This document shows positions 1 to 9,282 of a DNA stretch of 60,869 nucleotides, one piece after another. Position 1 is the stretch's first letter. Each line of letters opens with the position of its first letter. The translations under genes and the position numbers were made by a program. The notes beneath the pieces are model-generated. The model searched no databases, was not told the DNA's origin, and saw only the letters and a list, made by a program, of their open reading frames with translations. Origin of the DNA: Deltaproteobacteria bacterium (GTDB taxonomy: Bacteria; UBA10199; SBBF01); assembly GCA_016183175.1 (NCBI GenBank), contig JACPFC010000040.1, positions 1 to 60,869 on the forward strand. The letters are read 5' to 3'.

Positions 1-2
1 TA

Positions 3-425
3 GATGTAGAGATTTACCATACGCCAGCGTTGCTGAAGTACGGAACATGGAGTCATTATTCACCCCTTGGGGAAGTTGAGCCATTTCTTGTGCTTCCTGG
101 GTATGGCAAGGCGTTTGACGTTCGCTCTAATGCTGTTCTCTGGTACAAGCCAGAATTCGCATTTGCGACAACCCATGACGTCTACATAGTCGGACTAAGT
201 CTCGCACCTGATGATTTCTTCATTCGAAGTTTGTTCCTGTCGAACCTGTCTTTCATAGATTCTTACTCCGACGTCAAAGGTCGGAAAGTGTTTATCATTA
301 ATTCCGATCCAAGCTGCGAGAAAAACTACCAGTTTGTTTTATCGAACAAACATGCCAAGCTCCTAAATGAACAGTTCTCAATGAGGCACGTGCACTTCAT
401 GAAGGAGAGGGTCGGGAATGTCTAA
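3..425 (+). CDS. hypothetical protein, C-terminal part (ORF open to the left window edge); weak SIR2_2-like block
   Basis: The frame is open from nt 3 with no stop before the listed TTG at 30, so the gene probably starts outside the window. VYIVGLSLAPDDFFIRSLF resembles the hhhhGxSxxD block of SIR2-like domains. Visibly lower GC than the core genes. Confidence 0.35.
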   Translation, partial: DVEIYHTPALLKYGTWSHYSPLGEVEPFLVLPGYGKAFDVRSNAVLWYKPEFAFATTHDVYIVGLSLAPDDFFIRSLFLSNLSFIDSYSDVKGRKVFIINSDPSCEKNYQFVLSNKHAKLLNEQFSMRHVHFMKERVGNV

Positions 426-497
426 CAACCACTTCGAGTCCAACGTCTTATCCTTTCGCTACGCTCCAGGGCAAGCCACGGCTCGAGCAGAAGCATT

Positions 498-956
498 ATG
501 AATGTAGATGAGATAGCTTGGTGGTCGGTAATAATAACGGCAGGCGCTGGTTTTCTTGGTGCTACTATGGGTGCTATCGTACACCCGCTTATCAATCATC
601 AAACTCAAAAGTGGCAGCGTAAAACAGCATGGAAAAGAGAAGCCCTTCTGGAGCGACTGAATGAACTGTATCAACCACTGTATGTGGATTTTGTTGTCAT
701 GCCAGATAAAGATCCCGAACATTATTTTGTCGATTGGACCGCTGATGATTTCAATGAATGGCTAAACAATGTCTTAAAGATCATCATCCCAAAAATTCAT
801 TTAGTACCGGACGAAGTACGAGATAAGGTAAATTATTGTATAGAAATTGCATCAAGAAAAGATTATGACGCTGAATCTGAAGTAAGGCAATTATATGATC
901 ATATCAAAAAATATTTTATCATTCTGCGTAAAAAATTGGGTTTACATCATCAATAA
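498..956 (+). CDS. hypothetical membrane-anchored protein
   Basis: 152-aa ORF with one N-terminal TM helix (WWSVIITAGAGFLGATMGAIV) followed by a helical soluble part. AT-rich like its upstream neighbour. No family recognised. Confidence 0.45.
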   Translation: MNVDEIAWWSVIITAGAGFLGATMGAIVHPLINHQTQKWQRKTAWKREALLERLNELYQPLYVDFVVMPDKDPEHYFVDWTADDFNEWLNNVLKIIIPKIHLVPDEVRDKVNYCIEIASRKDYDAESEVRQLYDHIKKYFIILRKKLGLHHQ

Positions 957-1077
957 TCATGCCCAACATGCGCTACACCCGACCACTTACGGGGGAGAAG
1001 GGAATGAATCGAACGGGCGTTATGCGGGATTTTGAACGTTGACCCGAGCGGGTATAGTTGGTAGGATTATTTTTACG

Positions 1078-1302
1078 ATGGAACAGGTGCCGACAAAAGA
1101 ATATACGTGGCTGACTCAACACCCCGAAGTGGAAGAAAAGTATCTGGGTGAGTGGATTGCAATCCATGAGAGCCGGGTTATAGCCCACGGAAGAGATTTG
1201 CAGACAGTCCTCCAGCAAACGGCGCATCTAGACCCGCCGCCTCATGTAACTTATGTAGAGGAAGCTGGCCTTGCGGCTTATGCGCTATACCTTTTCTTAT
1301 AA
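1078..1302 (+). CDS. small DUF5678-like protein
   Basis: EKYLGEWIAIHESRVIAHGRDLQTVLQQ resembles the DUF5678 pattern (xKYxGKWVAIxxxxVVAxGxxLxEV), from memory. ATG 1078 is preferred over the listed upstream start. The 3' end overlaps the next gene. Confidence 0.45.
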   Translation: MEQVPTKEYTWLTQHPEVEEKYLGEWIAIHESRVIAHGRDLQTVLQQTAHLDPPPHVTYVEEAGLAAYALYLFL

Positions 1303-1687
1303 GTCAAAAAAATTAGGTCCTGAAAAAAGTACTCTTCGTCCCTATGCCGAAGTTCAGCTGAAAATTCAGGGGCGCCGGATCCCCTTTGATTTTTTGGTTG
1401 ATTCAGGGGCTGATCGTACAGTGATTAATCGCCCTTTGGGGTGTGTTTTGGGCTATGAAGTGAAACCGGGAGAAAAACCGATTAAGCTGGGTGGCATCGG
1501 TGGCACAACAAATGGTTACTTGCGCGGTTTGAGGCTTTGGATCGGAGATACCGAGATAGAAACGGAAGTCATCTGGGTACAGTCCGACACGGTCCCCCTT
1601 CTTTTGGGCCAAATGGACATCTTTGACCATTTTGATATTACCTTTTCGAAAGTGAATCAAAAAGTGTTTTTTGACTTGCTGAAATAG
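1280..1687 (+). CDS. retropepsin-like (clan AA) aspartic protease
   Basis: FLVDSGADRTVI contains the D-S/T-G-A catalytic motif, and a downstream LLLGQMDIFDHF block fits single-domain retroviral-type aspartyl proteases. Start is either TTG 1271 or ATG 1280. Confidence 0.65.
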   Translation: MRYTFSYKSKKLGPEKSTLRPYAEVQLKIQGRRIPFDFLVDSGADRTVINRPLGCVLGYEVKPGEKPIKLGGIGGTTNGYLRGLRLWIGDTEIETEVIWVQSDTVPLLLGQMDIFDHFDITFSKVNQKVFFDLLK

Positions 1688-1704
1688 ACATTACCTTCTC
1701 ATTC

Positions 1705-3246
1705 ATGAAACCTCTCCTTCTCATCATCCTCGACGGCTGGGGGCATCGCGCGGAAAAAAAGGACAACGGCATCGCCCTGGCCAAAACGCCCCACTTCGAT
1801 CATCTGTGGAAATCATATCCGCATACTCTCATCGACGGTTCGGGGAAGGCGGTGGGTCTGCCCGCCGGCATCATGGGAAATTCGGAGGTGGGGCACATGA
1901 ATCTGGGCGCGGGGCGGATTGTCTACTCCGGCCTCTCGCAAATCTATCACGCCATCGAAGACGGCAGTTTTTTTGACAATCCCGCGCTGTTGGGGGCAAC
2001 CCAGTCAGCCAAACTCAACCGGTCCGCTCTTCATCTGATGGGGCTTGTCTCCGACGGCGCGGTACACAGCCATCAGGACCACCTGTACGCCCTTTTGGAT
2101 CTCGCCAAACGACAGAGGATCGAAAAGGTTTTTGTCCACTGTTTTCTGGATGGGCGCGATACGGCGCCGCGTGACGGAATAAAATTCATCCGCCGACTGG
2201 AAGAACAAATCGGCAAAATTGGGGTTGGACGGATCGCCGGCATCCACGGCCGATACTACGCCATGGACCGCGACAAACGGTGGGAGCGGATCGAAAGGGC
2301 CTATGACGTTCTCACCGGCTGGAATCCCGGCGGCGTCCATTTGGCCGAGGAATATCTGGCCCGTGAATATCAACAGGGCAATGGCGACGAATTTATTCCT
2401 CCGGAGTCGGTGCTTGACGAGAAAGGGAGGCCGATTGGCCCCATCAGGGACGGCGATGCCGTGATCTTTTTTAATTTCCGGGCCGATCGCGCCCGCCAGA
2501 TCACGCAGGCGCTCACCGGTCCGTTTTTTATGGAATTCAACCGAAAGATCATTCCCAAAATATCCGCTTTTGTCTGCATGGCCCCCTACGACAATTTTTC
2601 CCTTCCTGTGGCCTTTTGGCCTTCTTATCCGCAACGGATTTTTGGCGAAATTGTCAGCGAAAACGGTTTGGCCCAACTGCGGATCGCCGAGACCGAAAAA
2701 TACGCCCATGTCACCTATTTTTTCAACGGCGGCCGGGATGTCGCGTTTCCCGGCGAGGAGAGGATTCTCATTCCCAGCCCCCGCGAGGTCCCCACCTACG
2801 ACCAAAAGCCGGAGATGAGTGCTCTTCTTGTTGCCGACGAGTTGATTAATCGAATCAACGAAGACAAATATGATGTCATCATTCTCAATTTTGCGAATGC
2901 CGACATGGTGGGGCATACCGCCAAGCCGGAGGCGATTGTCCGTGCGGTGGAGACGGTGGATGAGTGCGTCGGCCGGATTGTCGATCTGGTTTTGAAAATG
3001 AAGGGGATGGCGATTATTACCGCCGACCACGGCAACGCCGAACAGATGAAAGATGATGCGGGAGGGCCCCACACCGCCCACACGACGAATTTGGTTCCGT
3101 TCATGCTTGTCTCGGATGCCCACCGAAAAAATCATCTCAAAAAATCAGGGGGCCACCTGTGCGACGTGGCGCCGACGCTTTTGGAGCTTCTTCATATCCC
3201 GAAGCCAAGGGAGATGACGGGGGAGAATTTGATCGTCGCTGAGTAA
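1705..3246 (+). CDS. gpmI: 2,3-bisphosphoglycerate-independent phosphoglycerate mutase
   Basis: 513 aa. N-terminus MKPLLLIILDGWGHR plus SEVGHMNLGAGR and ITADHGNAE motifs of the cofactor-independent PGM family. Confidence 0.95.
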   Translation: MKPLLLIILDGWGHRAEKKDNGIALAKTPHFDHLWKSYPHTLIDGSGKAVGLPAGIMGNSEVGHMNLGAGRIVYSGLSQIYHAIEDGSFFDNPALLGATQSAKLNRSALHLMGLVSDGAVHSHQDHLYALLDLAKRQRIEKVFVHCFLDGRDTAPRDGIKFIRRLEEQIGKIGVGRIAGIHGRYYAMDRDKRWERIERAYDVLTGWNPGGVHLAEEYLAREYQQGNGDEFIPPESVLDEKGRPIGPIRDGDAVIFFNFRADRARQITQALTGPFFMEFNRKIIPKISAFVCMAPYDNFSLPVAFWPSYPQRIFGEIVSENGLAQLRIAETEKYAHVTYFFNGGRDVAFPGEERILIPSPREVPTYDQKPEMSALLVADELINRINEDKYDVIILNFANADMVGHTAKPEAIVRAVETVDECVGRIVDLVLKMKGMAIITADHGNAEQMKDDAGGPHTAHTTNLVPFMLVSDAHRKNHLKKSGGHLCDVAPTLLELLHIPKPREMTGENLIVAE

Positions 3247-3264
3247 TGGCAACTGCGAGAAAGC

Positions 3265-3339
3265 AGAAATCAGAGAGCCGATAGCGGAGAGCAGATGATA
3301 ATCTGATCTCGGCTTTCCGCTTTCTGCTATCTGATTTCT
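3265..3339 (+). other. structured spacer with interleaved complementary segments
   Basis: AGAAATCAGA (3265-3274) pairs with TCTGATTTCT (3330-3339). GAGCCGA (3275-3281) pairs with TCGGCTT (3309-3315). TAGCGGAGAGCAGA (3282-3295) pairs with TCCGCTTTCTGCTA (3316-3329, 13 of 14 including G-U). Confidence 0.4.
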
Positions 3340-3344
3340 CACTT

Positions 3345-4073
3345 TTGCAAAATTGCATGTTTCTTGGAAAACGCATTTTGTCTCTTCTCCTCCCCCAAAC
3401 CTGCCGCGTCTGCGGTTGTCTTCTCAAAGATTCCGCTAAACTCTGTTCCGATTGTTTTTCTAAAATCCGGTGGATTCGGGAACCCCTTTGCACCGTTTGC
3501 GGTCGGCCGTTCGAATCATCTGTTGCCGTCTCGCATCCCTGCCCCGATTGCCTCGAAAAAAAACCGGCGTTTGACCGGCACCGGTCGTGCGTTTTGTATG
3601 AAGAGCCGGTGAACCGACTTCTCCATCGCCTTAAATATTCAGCCGGCCTGGACGTTACGGGGGTGTTTGCCGGATGGTTTCAAAAAATCATCGCGGAGCA
3701 GGAGACGATACCCGACTATCTGATTCCCGTTCCCCTCTCGACCGGCCGTCTCCGGAGACGAAGCTACAATCAGAGCGTGGAGCTGGCCAGGCACATTTCC
3801 CGTCAGACCGGCATTCCTGTCTTGATCCATTCGCTCCAAAAAATCCGCGACACGGTGCCACAAACGGAACTCCCGCGCGAAGAGCGGATCAAAAACCTGA
3901 AGGGAGCGTTTGCGTGGAAAGACAAAAAAACTCTTCTTAAAGGCAAAAATGTTTTGCTCGTTGACGACGTGTTTACCACCGGAAGCACGTTAATGGCCTG
4001 TGCGTCAGTTCTCAAATCCCAAAAACCGGCCGACATTGGGGCGATGACGATCGCCTTTAATCTGCCCAAATAA
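3345..4073 (+). CDS. comF: ComF family protein (phosphoribosyltransferase-like)
   Basis: Two N-terminal zinc-ribbon-like CxxC pairs (CRVCG..CSDC, CTVCG..CPDC) and the C-terminal PRTase loop VLLVDDVFTTGST. Start could be 3345 or 3357. Confidence 0.85.
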   Translation: MQNCMFLGKRILSLLLPQTCRVCGCLLKDSAKLCSDCFSKIRWIREPLCTVCGRPFESSVAVSHPCPDCLEKKPAFDRHRSCVLYEEPVNRLLHRLKYSAGLDVTGVFAGWFQKIIAEQETIPDYLIPVPLSTGRLRRRSYNQSVELARHISRQTGIPVLIHSLQKIRDTVPQTELPREERIKNLKGAFAWKDKKTLLKGKNVLLVDDVFTTGSTLMACASVLKSQKPADIGAMTIAFNLPK

Positions 4074-4169
4074 TCGGCAGTTGACTCAAGTCGGGGCAGT
4101 CCCAAGGCCGTTTCCTGGGGATAAGTCAAATAACTATTTGTAATCATTAATTTTTAATCATTTTGTAGG

Positions 4170-4185
4170 TGGCATTTCTTTTGCT
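4170..4185 (+). promoter_or_regulatory. sigma54-type -24/-12 promoter
   Basis: TGGCATTTCTTTTGCT. GG (4171-4172) and GC (4183-4184) are separated by exactly 10 nt, as in TGGCAC-N5-TTGCW. The Shine-Dalgarno GAGGGAGG and ATG 4234 follow about 40 nt downstream. Confidence 0.55.
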
Positions 4186-4233
4186 GGGACCAAGAGATCT
4201 TGGAGATTTCATTTTTCAGAGGGAGGTAGGCCC

Positions 4234-4308
4234 ATGTTTTTTCGCATCAACAAGAAAAGGGTTGCGGAGGCCCTTGAAATTCTGCTAGCCATCCTCGGCC
4301 AGCGCTGA
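4234..4308 (+). CDS. possible 24-aa leader/small ORF
   Basis: The ATG lies a few nt after GAGGGAGG. It encodes MFFRINKKRVAEALEILLAILGQR. It is below the 60-aa ORF-track cutoff and too short to judge. Confidence 0.25.
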   Translation: MFFRINKKRVAEALEILLAILGQR

Positions 4309-4353
4309 TCTTAAGGGGGTCGGCAGTTCCACTAAGAGTCTTCTTATTCAATC

Positions 4354-5529
4354 ATGGGTGATTCGGTTTCCGCTTCTGCAGGGGCCGATGTCAGCGGCTC
4401 GGTGCATCTTCAAACCGAAGAAGATGCGCTACAGTTTCCGGTTTCCGGCATGGGATATGCGCACGTTGTTCTCCGCACCCCTCCGGACGATAATCGGGAG
4501 TTCGATCTTTCGGCCAACGCCAAAGTCATGGTGTGGGGGGGAACCGCGGATGATCCGTCGACCATTCTTGCCCTGGATGCCGAACGGTGGTACGTCTATG
4601 CGCTTCGTCTGAATGTTGTCCCCAATCATTTCGGCATCACCCACCTCAATGTGGCGGCCCGGTCAAAGACCCTTGACCTCGCGGTCTTGGCGGGAGTCAA
4701 GCCGCAGGAAGACGGCAGTCTTGGTGCTGTCGACGAGGACGGTTCCATTCCTTTTTTCCATGCCCCGCTTCCCTACAATTTCAATGGGACGACATTGACG
4801 CTGGGAGACTACACATGGGCGGCTCCGACGCTCCGTTACAGCGGCTTCGATAATTCCAGCTGGGCCAACATTTATACCGGGAAAATCGGTCCGATGGTTG
4901 GAGCCGAATGGGCCCCAAATTTTGGGCTGGTTATTTTGTTTCAGGCGGGTCCCGACGGAGGATTCCAGCCGTCCGGTTCGTGGGTTAAAACAGGTCATAT
5001 CAGCTACTCCCACGAATGGTCGGATGGTGTTGCCACTTCGGCCGCCGTCCATGCCAGTAGCCTGAATCCCGCAGAGGCAACCAATCAATTTGACGACACA
5101 GTAAGCCCCACCAATGGTGCCGGCGTGTTTATCGGACAAACGGCCGGCCCTTTAACTCTTGGGGGCGGATACTCCTTGAAAAAGCAGAGCCTTGAAGGGG
5201 AAGGGATTTCGAGTCTTTCCCGGTACGACAGCGCCAATTTTGGCGCCAGCTATCAATTTGAAGGCCCCATCCCGGTTGTTTGGACCGGTGCGGTCATGCT
5301 TCTTTATTTTAAAGAAGAGACCGATGCCTTTGTCGATACCCTGGAAAAGACGCACGAGGTTGCGGTGGAACCCGCCAATTTTACCATCGGATTCGCCCCG
5401 GGCTGGGCCCTCACCTTGGGCGGCGCCTTTGTCCGGACCGACCCCGACAGTCAGACAAGCACCGAGGTCTTCGGACCGGAAATGATTGTCTATGGGGTTT
5501 TAACCTTCAACGTTCCAACGAGAAATTAA
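4354..5529 (+). CDS. hypothetical protein
   Basis: 391-aa ORF with GC3-rich codon usage like the core genes. No family recognised and no signal peptide at the listed start. In-frame stops at 4306, 4312 and 4333 separate it from the small ORF. Confidence 0.6.
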   Translation: MGDSVSASAGADVSGSVHLQTEEDALQFPVSGMGYAHVVLRTPPDDNREFDLSANAKVMVWGGTADDPSTILALDAERWYVYALRLNVVPNHFGITHLNVAARSKTLDLAVLAGVKPQEDGSLGAVDEDGSIPFFHAPLPYNFNGTTLTLGDYTWAAPTLRYSGFDNSSWANIYTGKIGPMVGAEWAPNFGLVILFQAGPDGGFQPSGSWVKTGHISYSHEWSDGVATSAAVHASSLNPAEATNQFDDTVSPTNGAGVFIGQTAGPLTLGGGYSLKKQSLEGEGISSLSRYDSANFGASYQFEGPIPVVWTGAVMLLYFKEETDAFVDTLEKTHEVAVEPANFTIGFAPGWALTLGGAFVRTDPDSQTSTEVFGPEMIVYGVLTFNVPTRN

Positions 5530-5539
5530 GGCAGACAAA

Positions 5540-7054
5540 ATGGCCAATTTCCTTATGAGAAAAGTCGTGATTTTTTTTCTGGTTATCTCCCCTCTGGCCG
5601 GCTTTGTCTCCTGCGGCAACGATGCTACGGCCGAATCGGACCAGCAGGATCCGGACGAAGGAGAGGGGGATGGCGGAGGGGGAGGCTCCGATGAAGACCC
5701 GTCGATCGACGAAGAGGAGCCATCCGGTTCCGACACCGATGATGGAATCACCGGTGACGATGAAGATGTCGATATTGAAACGCCGGATATTGATGAAGGG
5801 GATGATGAGGGGGGGGAAGAAGAAGTGGTGACAGTCTCCCCTGAAATTGTCTCCTTTGAGGCCGGCGAAGAGTGCGTTAAGCCGAACACGCGGGTGACTT
5901 TAAGCTGGGAAACCGAGAATGCCGCGGAGGTCTATCTGGGGAATGAGGCCGTCGAGACGTCGGGGAGGAAGAAGGTCCGCCCCTTTTTTGAGACCACCTA
6001 CACCTTGACCGCCTTAAATGGCGACGAGACGGACAGTGCCACCGTCTCCATCTATTTTAAAGAGGCAAGCGTTGCCTATGAAACAGACGAGGAGTCATTT
6101 GGCGGCGGAGAAATCGATGCGGTCTCTTCGTCCGATGACGGCACTCTCCTTGTTCTTGCGGAGGGGAAGGTTTACAAGGGCAAATTCGGCGATGATTTTT
6201 CAAAATTGACTCCCAATTCGTCCGTCTCCAAATGGAGCGCCGTCAACATCGATCCGACCGACTCCGATATTCTCTATGCGGGCACCACCGGACGGATCTA
6301 CCGTTCGTCCAACGGCGGATCGAGCTGGCCGGATGTCGTCCCCGTTCGCCGCAACAATGTCGATCTTGACCTGAATGTAATTTACACATCGCCCGCAAAT
6401 CCCGATCTGGTCTATATCGGCTTTGAAGGGGGCGTCTTTGTTCTCGATACCGACCGCCAGACTCTCGAACTTGCATCGGATTTGAACACCGAAAGCATCC
6501 GTCACTTTGCGGCTGACCAGGACTGTGTCGTTGCGGCGACGAAATCCGGAATCTTCATGTCGTTTAACGAGGGGGACAGTTGGCGCGAAAAAGATGCGGC
6601 CGGCTGGGGCGAAATTCATTCACTCGATATTTTTAACGGTGTCCTCTACGTAAGCGCCGAAAAGGGGCTTTATTATGCCGAAACAGACACCCTCTCGAAT
6701 CCCTCATGGGAAAAAGAAGAGGGGCTTGATGGCCCTGTCTATCAGGCGCTTGCCCGTCAAGAGCCGATTTTTATGGGAGGAGTCGGGGGGCTGGTGCGAT
6801 TTGCGGCCTCGTCTTTTTTTGAACCGTGGGTGATTTATGCGGCGACCGAGGATGGCGTCTATCGCGGTTCGAACGGCGAATGGGAAGAGGTGAGCGCCGA
6901 TCCAGCCTATTGGATTATCGAGGACGAAGACCCCGTGTCCGTTTCTGATTCAGCCTTGACAAGTGTCGAACAGACGATTGTCTATTCGGACGAATGTCCC
7001 AATCAACCTTCCATCCATACAATTTCCGCTGATCCCGTAAAATTCCCGCTTTGA
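5540..7054 (+). CDS. lipoprotein with acidic linker and BNR/Asp-box-like beta-propeller repeats
   Basis: Signal plus lipobox (VISPLAGFVSC) and a D/E/G-rich linker, followed by repeated Asp-box-like turns (YRSSNGGSSW, SFNEGDSW, YRGSNGEW). Confidence 0.7.
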   Translation: MANFLMRKVVIFFLVISPLAGFVSCGNDATAESDQQDPDEGEGDGGGGGSDEDPSIDEEEPSGSDTDDGITGDDEDVDIETPDIDEGDDEGGEEEVVTVSPEIVSFEAGEECVKPNTRVTLSWETENAAEVYLGNEAVETSGRKKVRPFFETTYTLTALNGDETDSATVSIYFKEASVAYETDEESFGGGEIDAVSSSDDGTLLVLAEGKVYKGKFGDDFSKLTPNSSVSKWSAVNIDPTDSDILYAGTTGRIYRSSNGGSSWPDVVPVRRNNVDLDLNVIYTSPANPDLVYIGFEGGVFVLDTDRQTLELASDLNTESIRHFAADQDCVVAATKSGIFMSFNEGDSWREKDAAGWGEIHSLDIFNGVLYVSAEKGLYYAETDTLSNPSWEKEEGLDGPVYQALARQEPIFMGGVGGLVRFAASSFFEPWVIYAATEDGVYRGSNGEWEEVSADPAYWIIEDEDPVSVSDSALTSVEQTIVYSDECPNQPSIHTISADPVKFPL

Positions 7055-7086
7055 CAGCCGATTTTCTTTCTGTAATTCTTGTTTTT

Positions 7087-7866
7087 ATGCCCGACTTCCT
7101 CACACTGGCCTGCGAGGTTGCCAAAGAATCCGGGCGGATTCAGCGTTCAAACCTCGGCAAGGTCCGGCACATCGAGTATAAGGGTGAAATAAATCTCTTA
7201 ACCGAGGTGGACAAGGCCTGCGAAAAGATGGTCATCGAGCGTCTGCAGGGGGCCTTTCCCGACCATGATATCATGGCGGAAGAGGGGGGCGGCAAGCGGA
7301 AGGACTCCGATTACAAATGGATCATCGATCCGCTGGATGGCACCACCAATTTTGCCCACGGGTATCCCCTTTTTTGCACCTCCATCGCCCTCGAACACAA
7401 AGGAGAGATTGTCCTGGGGGTGGTCTACGAGCCGAATCACGACGAGCTGTTTTGCGCCGAAAAGGGAGGGGGGAGTTTTTTAAATGAAAAAAGAATCCAT
7501 GTCTCGCGCGAAAAGGAGATCGGCAAGAGCCTTCTTGCCACCGGCTTTGCCTACGACATCAAAAAAACAAGCAAAAACAATCTCGACCATTTCAAAAACA
7601 TGCTGATGGCCTCGCAGGCGGTGCGCCGCGACGGCGTGGCGGCAATCGATTTGTGTTATACCGCCTGCGGCCGGTATGACGGCTTCTGGGAGCTCAATCT
7701 CTTCCCCTGGGACGTGGCGGCAGGGATACTGGTGATCACCGAGGCGGGAGGGAAAGTGACCGATTTTTCGGGAAAGCCCTTCTCGGTCTATCTGAAGGAA
7801 ATTTTGGCGAGTAACGGACTGATTCATGAGCAGATGGCGAGTGTACTCAGAAAAAGCGATCGATGA
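7087..7866 (+). CDS. suhB: inositol monophosphatase family protein
   Basis: WIIDPLDGTTNFAHG and WDVAAG motifs. ATG 7087 is preferred over TTG 7051, which overlaps the upstream stop codon. Confidence 0.9.
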   Translation: MPDFLTLACEVAKESGRIQRSNLGKVRHIEYKGEINLLTEVDKACEKMVIERLQGAFPDHDIMAEEGGGKRKDSDYKWIIDPLDGTTNFAHGYPLFCTSIALEHKGEIVLGVVYEPNHDELFCAEKGGGSFLNEKRIHVSREKEIGKSLLATGFAYDIKKTSKNNLDHFKNMLMASQAVRRDGVAAIDLCYTACGRYDGFWELNLFPWDVAAGILVITEAGGKVTDFSGKPFSVYLKEILASNGLIHEQMASVLRKSDR

Positions 7867-7911
7867 AATCCCCCCTTCCCCCCCTTTGGCAAAGGGGGGC
7901 TGGGGGGATTT
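7866..7911. repeat. G6/C6 double-palindrome element, copy 1 (intergenic)
   Basis: AAAT-C6-TT-C7-TTTGGCAAA-G6-CT-G6-ATTT. It begins on the last base of the suhB stop codon. Confidence 0.9.
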
Positions 7912-7922
7912 AAAATACCGAC

Positions 7923-8564
7923 ATGCAAAAAATGAATGAACGCATCCAGTCGAAGGCAATTTATAAGGCCTTCGAGTTGATGCGGCAAAAAAAATTCGAC
8001 GAGTCCGAGGCGGTTCTGACGGAGGGGCTTAAAGAGGCCCAAACGGCGCGCGATCTGGTTTTAACCGCCCTGTTCTATTCCGCCTACGGGGTGCTTTTTA
8101 AGCTGAAAAAAGAATACCGCAAGGCCTGGAAGTACTACGAGCAGGCGGAGAAGCTTATTCCCGACGATCCCGCATTAAAGATCATCTCCTCACGTCTTTT
8201 GGTTGATTATTTTGGTCAACACGACACAGTCATCCGGAAAATGGAGAAAATTCTCCCCAAATTGGGCAATGACATGACCTTTCTCCATCAGGCCTATACG
8301 GTGCTGGGGCTGGCGTACCTCAAAAAAGGGAATAAAAAGAAGGCAGGCGAATGTCTGACAAAATCTGCGGGGAACGATTTTAAGGGATTGCAGTCGGGGG
8401 CCAATTTTGATTTTCGGCTGGTGGAGGAGATGATGAAAAAGAAAAACAATCCCGCCGCCTGCCGCGGTTTTTTGGAGAAGGCCCTTGCGTTTGTCAAAGA
8501 GACCAAGGAAATCCAGCATGAGAGGATATTGAAACGCCTGCTTGATCTGTTTCCTGCCGGGTAG
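7923..8564 (+). CDS. TPR-like helical repeat protein
   Basis: 213 aa, all-helical repeat pattern (YYEQAEKLIPDDPAL, AYTVLGLAYLKKGNKKKA). Confidence 0.55.
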   Translation: MQKMNERIQSKAIYKAFELMRQKKFDESEAVLTEGLKEAQTARDLVLTALFYSAYGVLFKLKKEYRKAWKYYEQAEKLIPDDPALKIISSRLLVDYFGQHDTVIRKMEKILPKLGNDMTFLHQAYTVLGLAYLKKGNKKKAGECLTKSAGNDFKGLQSGANFDFRLVEEMMKKKNNPAACRGFLEKALAFVKETKEIQHERILKRLLDLFPAG

Positions 8565-8694
8565 ATTAATCCACGAGACGAAGCTATTTTTAGCGCGTCC
8601 GCGATTTTTTCAAAAATAAAGCAACTTTGGGGGTTGCCCAGCCGAAAACCATTCCAGTTGGTTTTTAGGGGAAAATTTATCAGGAGGGGGGGGT

Positions 8695-9066
8695 ATGTCA
8701 GCTCAGGTTGCTCTTGTTGCAGAAGGTCAAATTGAACAAATAATTATTTTAATCCGAGGCCAAAAGGTCATGCTCGATGCCGATCTCGCCCGTGTTTACG
8801 GTGTTGAGGCCAGACGGGTCAGGGAGCAGTTAAAGCGCAATTTGGCCAAATTTCCCAATGATTTCATGTTCCGGTTGACCAAAGAAGAGCTAATCGAGGT
8901 CTCCGCAAATTGCGGACACCTCTCTTACCTGAAATTTTCACCCACGCTACCCTATGCCTTTACGGAGTACGGCGCCATCATGATGGCCAGTGTTCTCAAT
9001 AGTCCGGTAAAAATCATATCAGGTCTTGACATTGGATCAGATGAAAACAATGGGGTTGGGTCATAA
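8695..9066 (+). CDS. ORF6N domain protein (possibly truncated)
   Basis: KVMLDADLARVYGVEARRVREQLKRNLAKFPNDFMFRLTKEE fits the phage-associated ORF6N DNA-binding domain. The sequence after VLNSP does not look like the usual continuation. Confidence 0.6.
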   Translation: MSAQVALVAEGQIEQIIILIRGQKVMLDADLARVYGVEARRVREQLKRNLAKFPNDFMFRLTKEELIEVSANCGHLSYLKFSPTLPYAFTEYGAIMMASVLNSPVKIISGLDIGSDENNGVGS

Positions 9067-9282
9067 CCCTCCTTCGCCCCTCGACAGGCTCGGGACTACG
9101 GCCCCAACCCCAACGGGGCCTCTTCGAGGAGGGGCTCCTTTGGGGCAGTGGACAAAACGGATGTCTTGGAGAAAACTAGGGAAAAACTAGGGGACGTTGA
9201 CTTAACGGAATAACTTTTGAACAAGGCTTTTCGCCTGTGGAGATTGGGCCGGGTTATGGGGTTGTATGAAAAATCACTTCGT

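Noticed and set aside
2005-3135. Long antisense ORFs inside confident genes. Examples: 2005-3135(-), 18288-19079(+), 29654-30706(-), 33605-35107(-), 39653-40825(+), 44328-45845(-), 49990-50655(+), 51452-52846(+), 54774-55661(+).
   Set aside because: Each is fully embedded opposite a gene with clear family motifs. Their products are R/G/P-rich low-complexity strings, typical of open antisense frames in GC-rich DNA.
9140-9200. Short direct repeat GAAAAACTAGGG x2 and GC hairpins downstream of the ORF6N gene as a possible att site or ncRNA.
   Set aside because: There are only two short units, and nothing in the window, such as an integrase or a matching partner site, supports a function.
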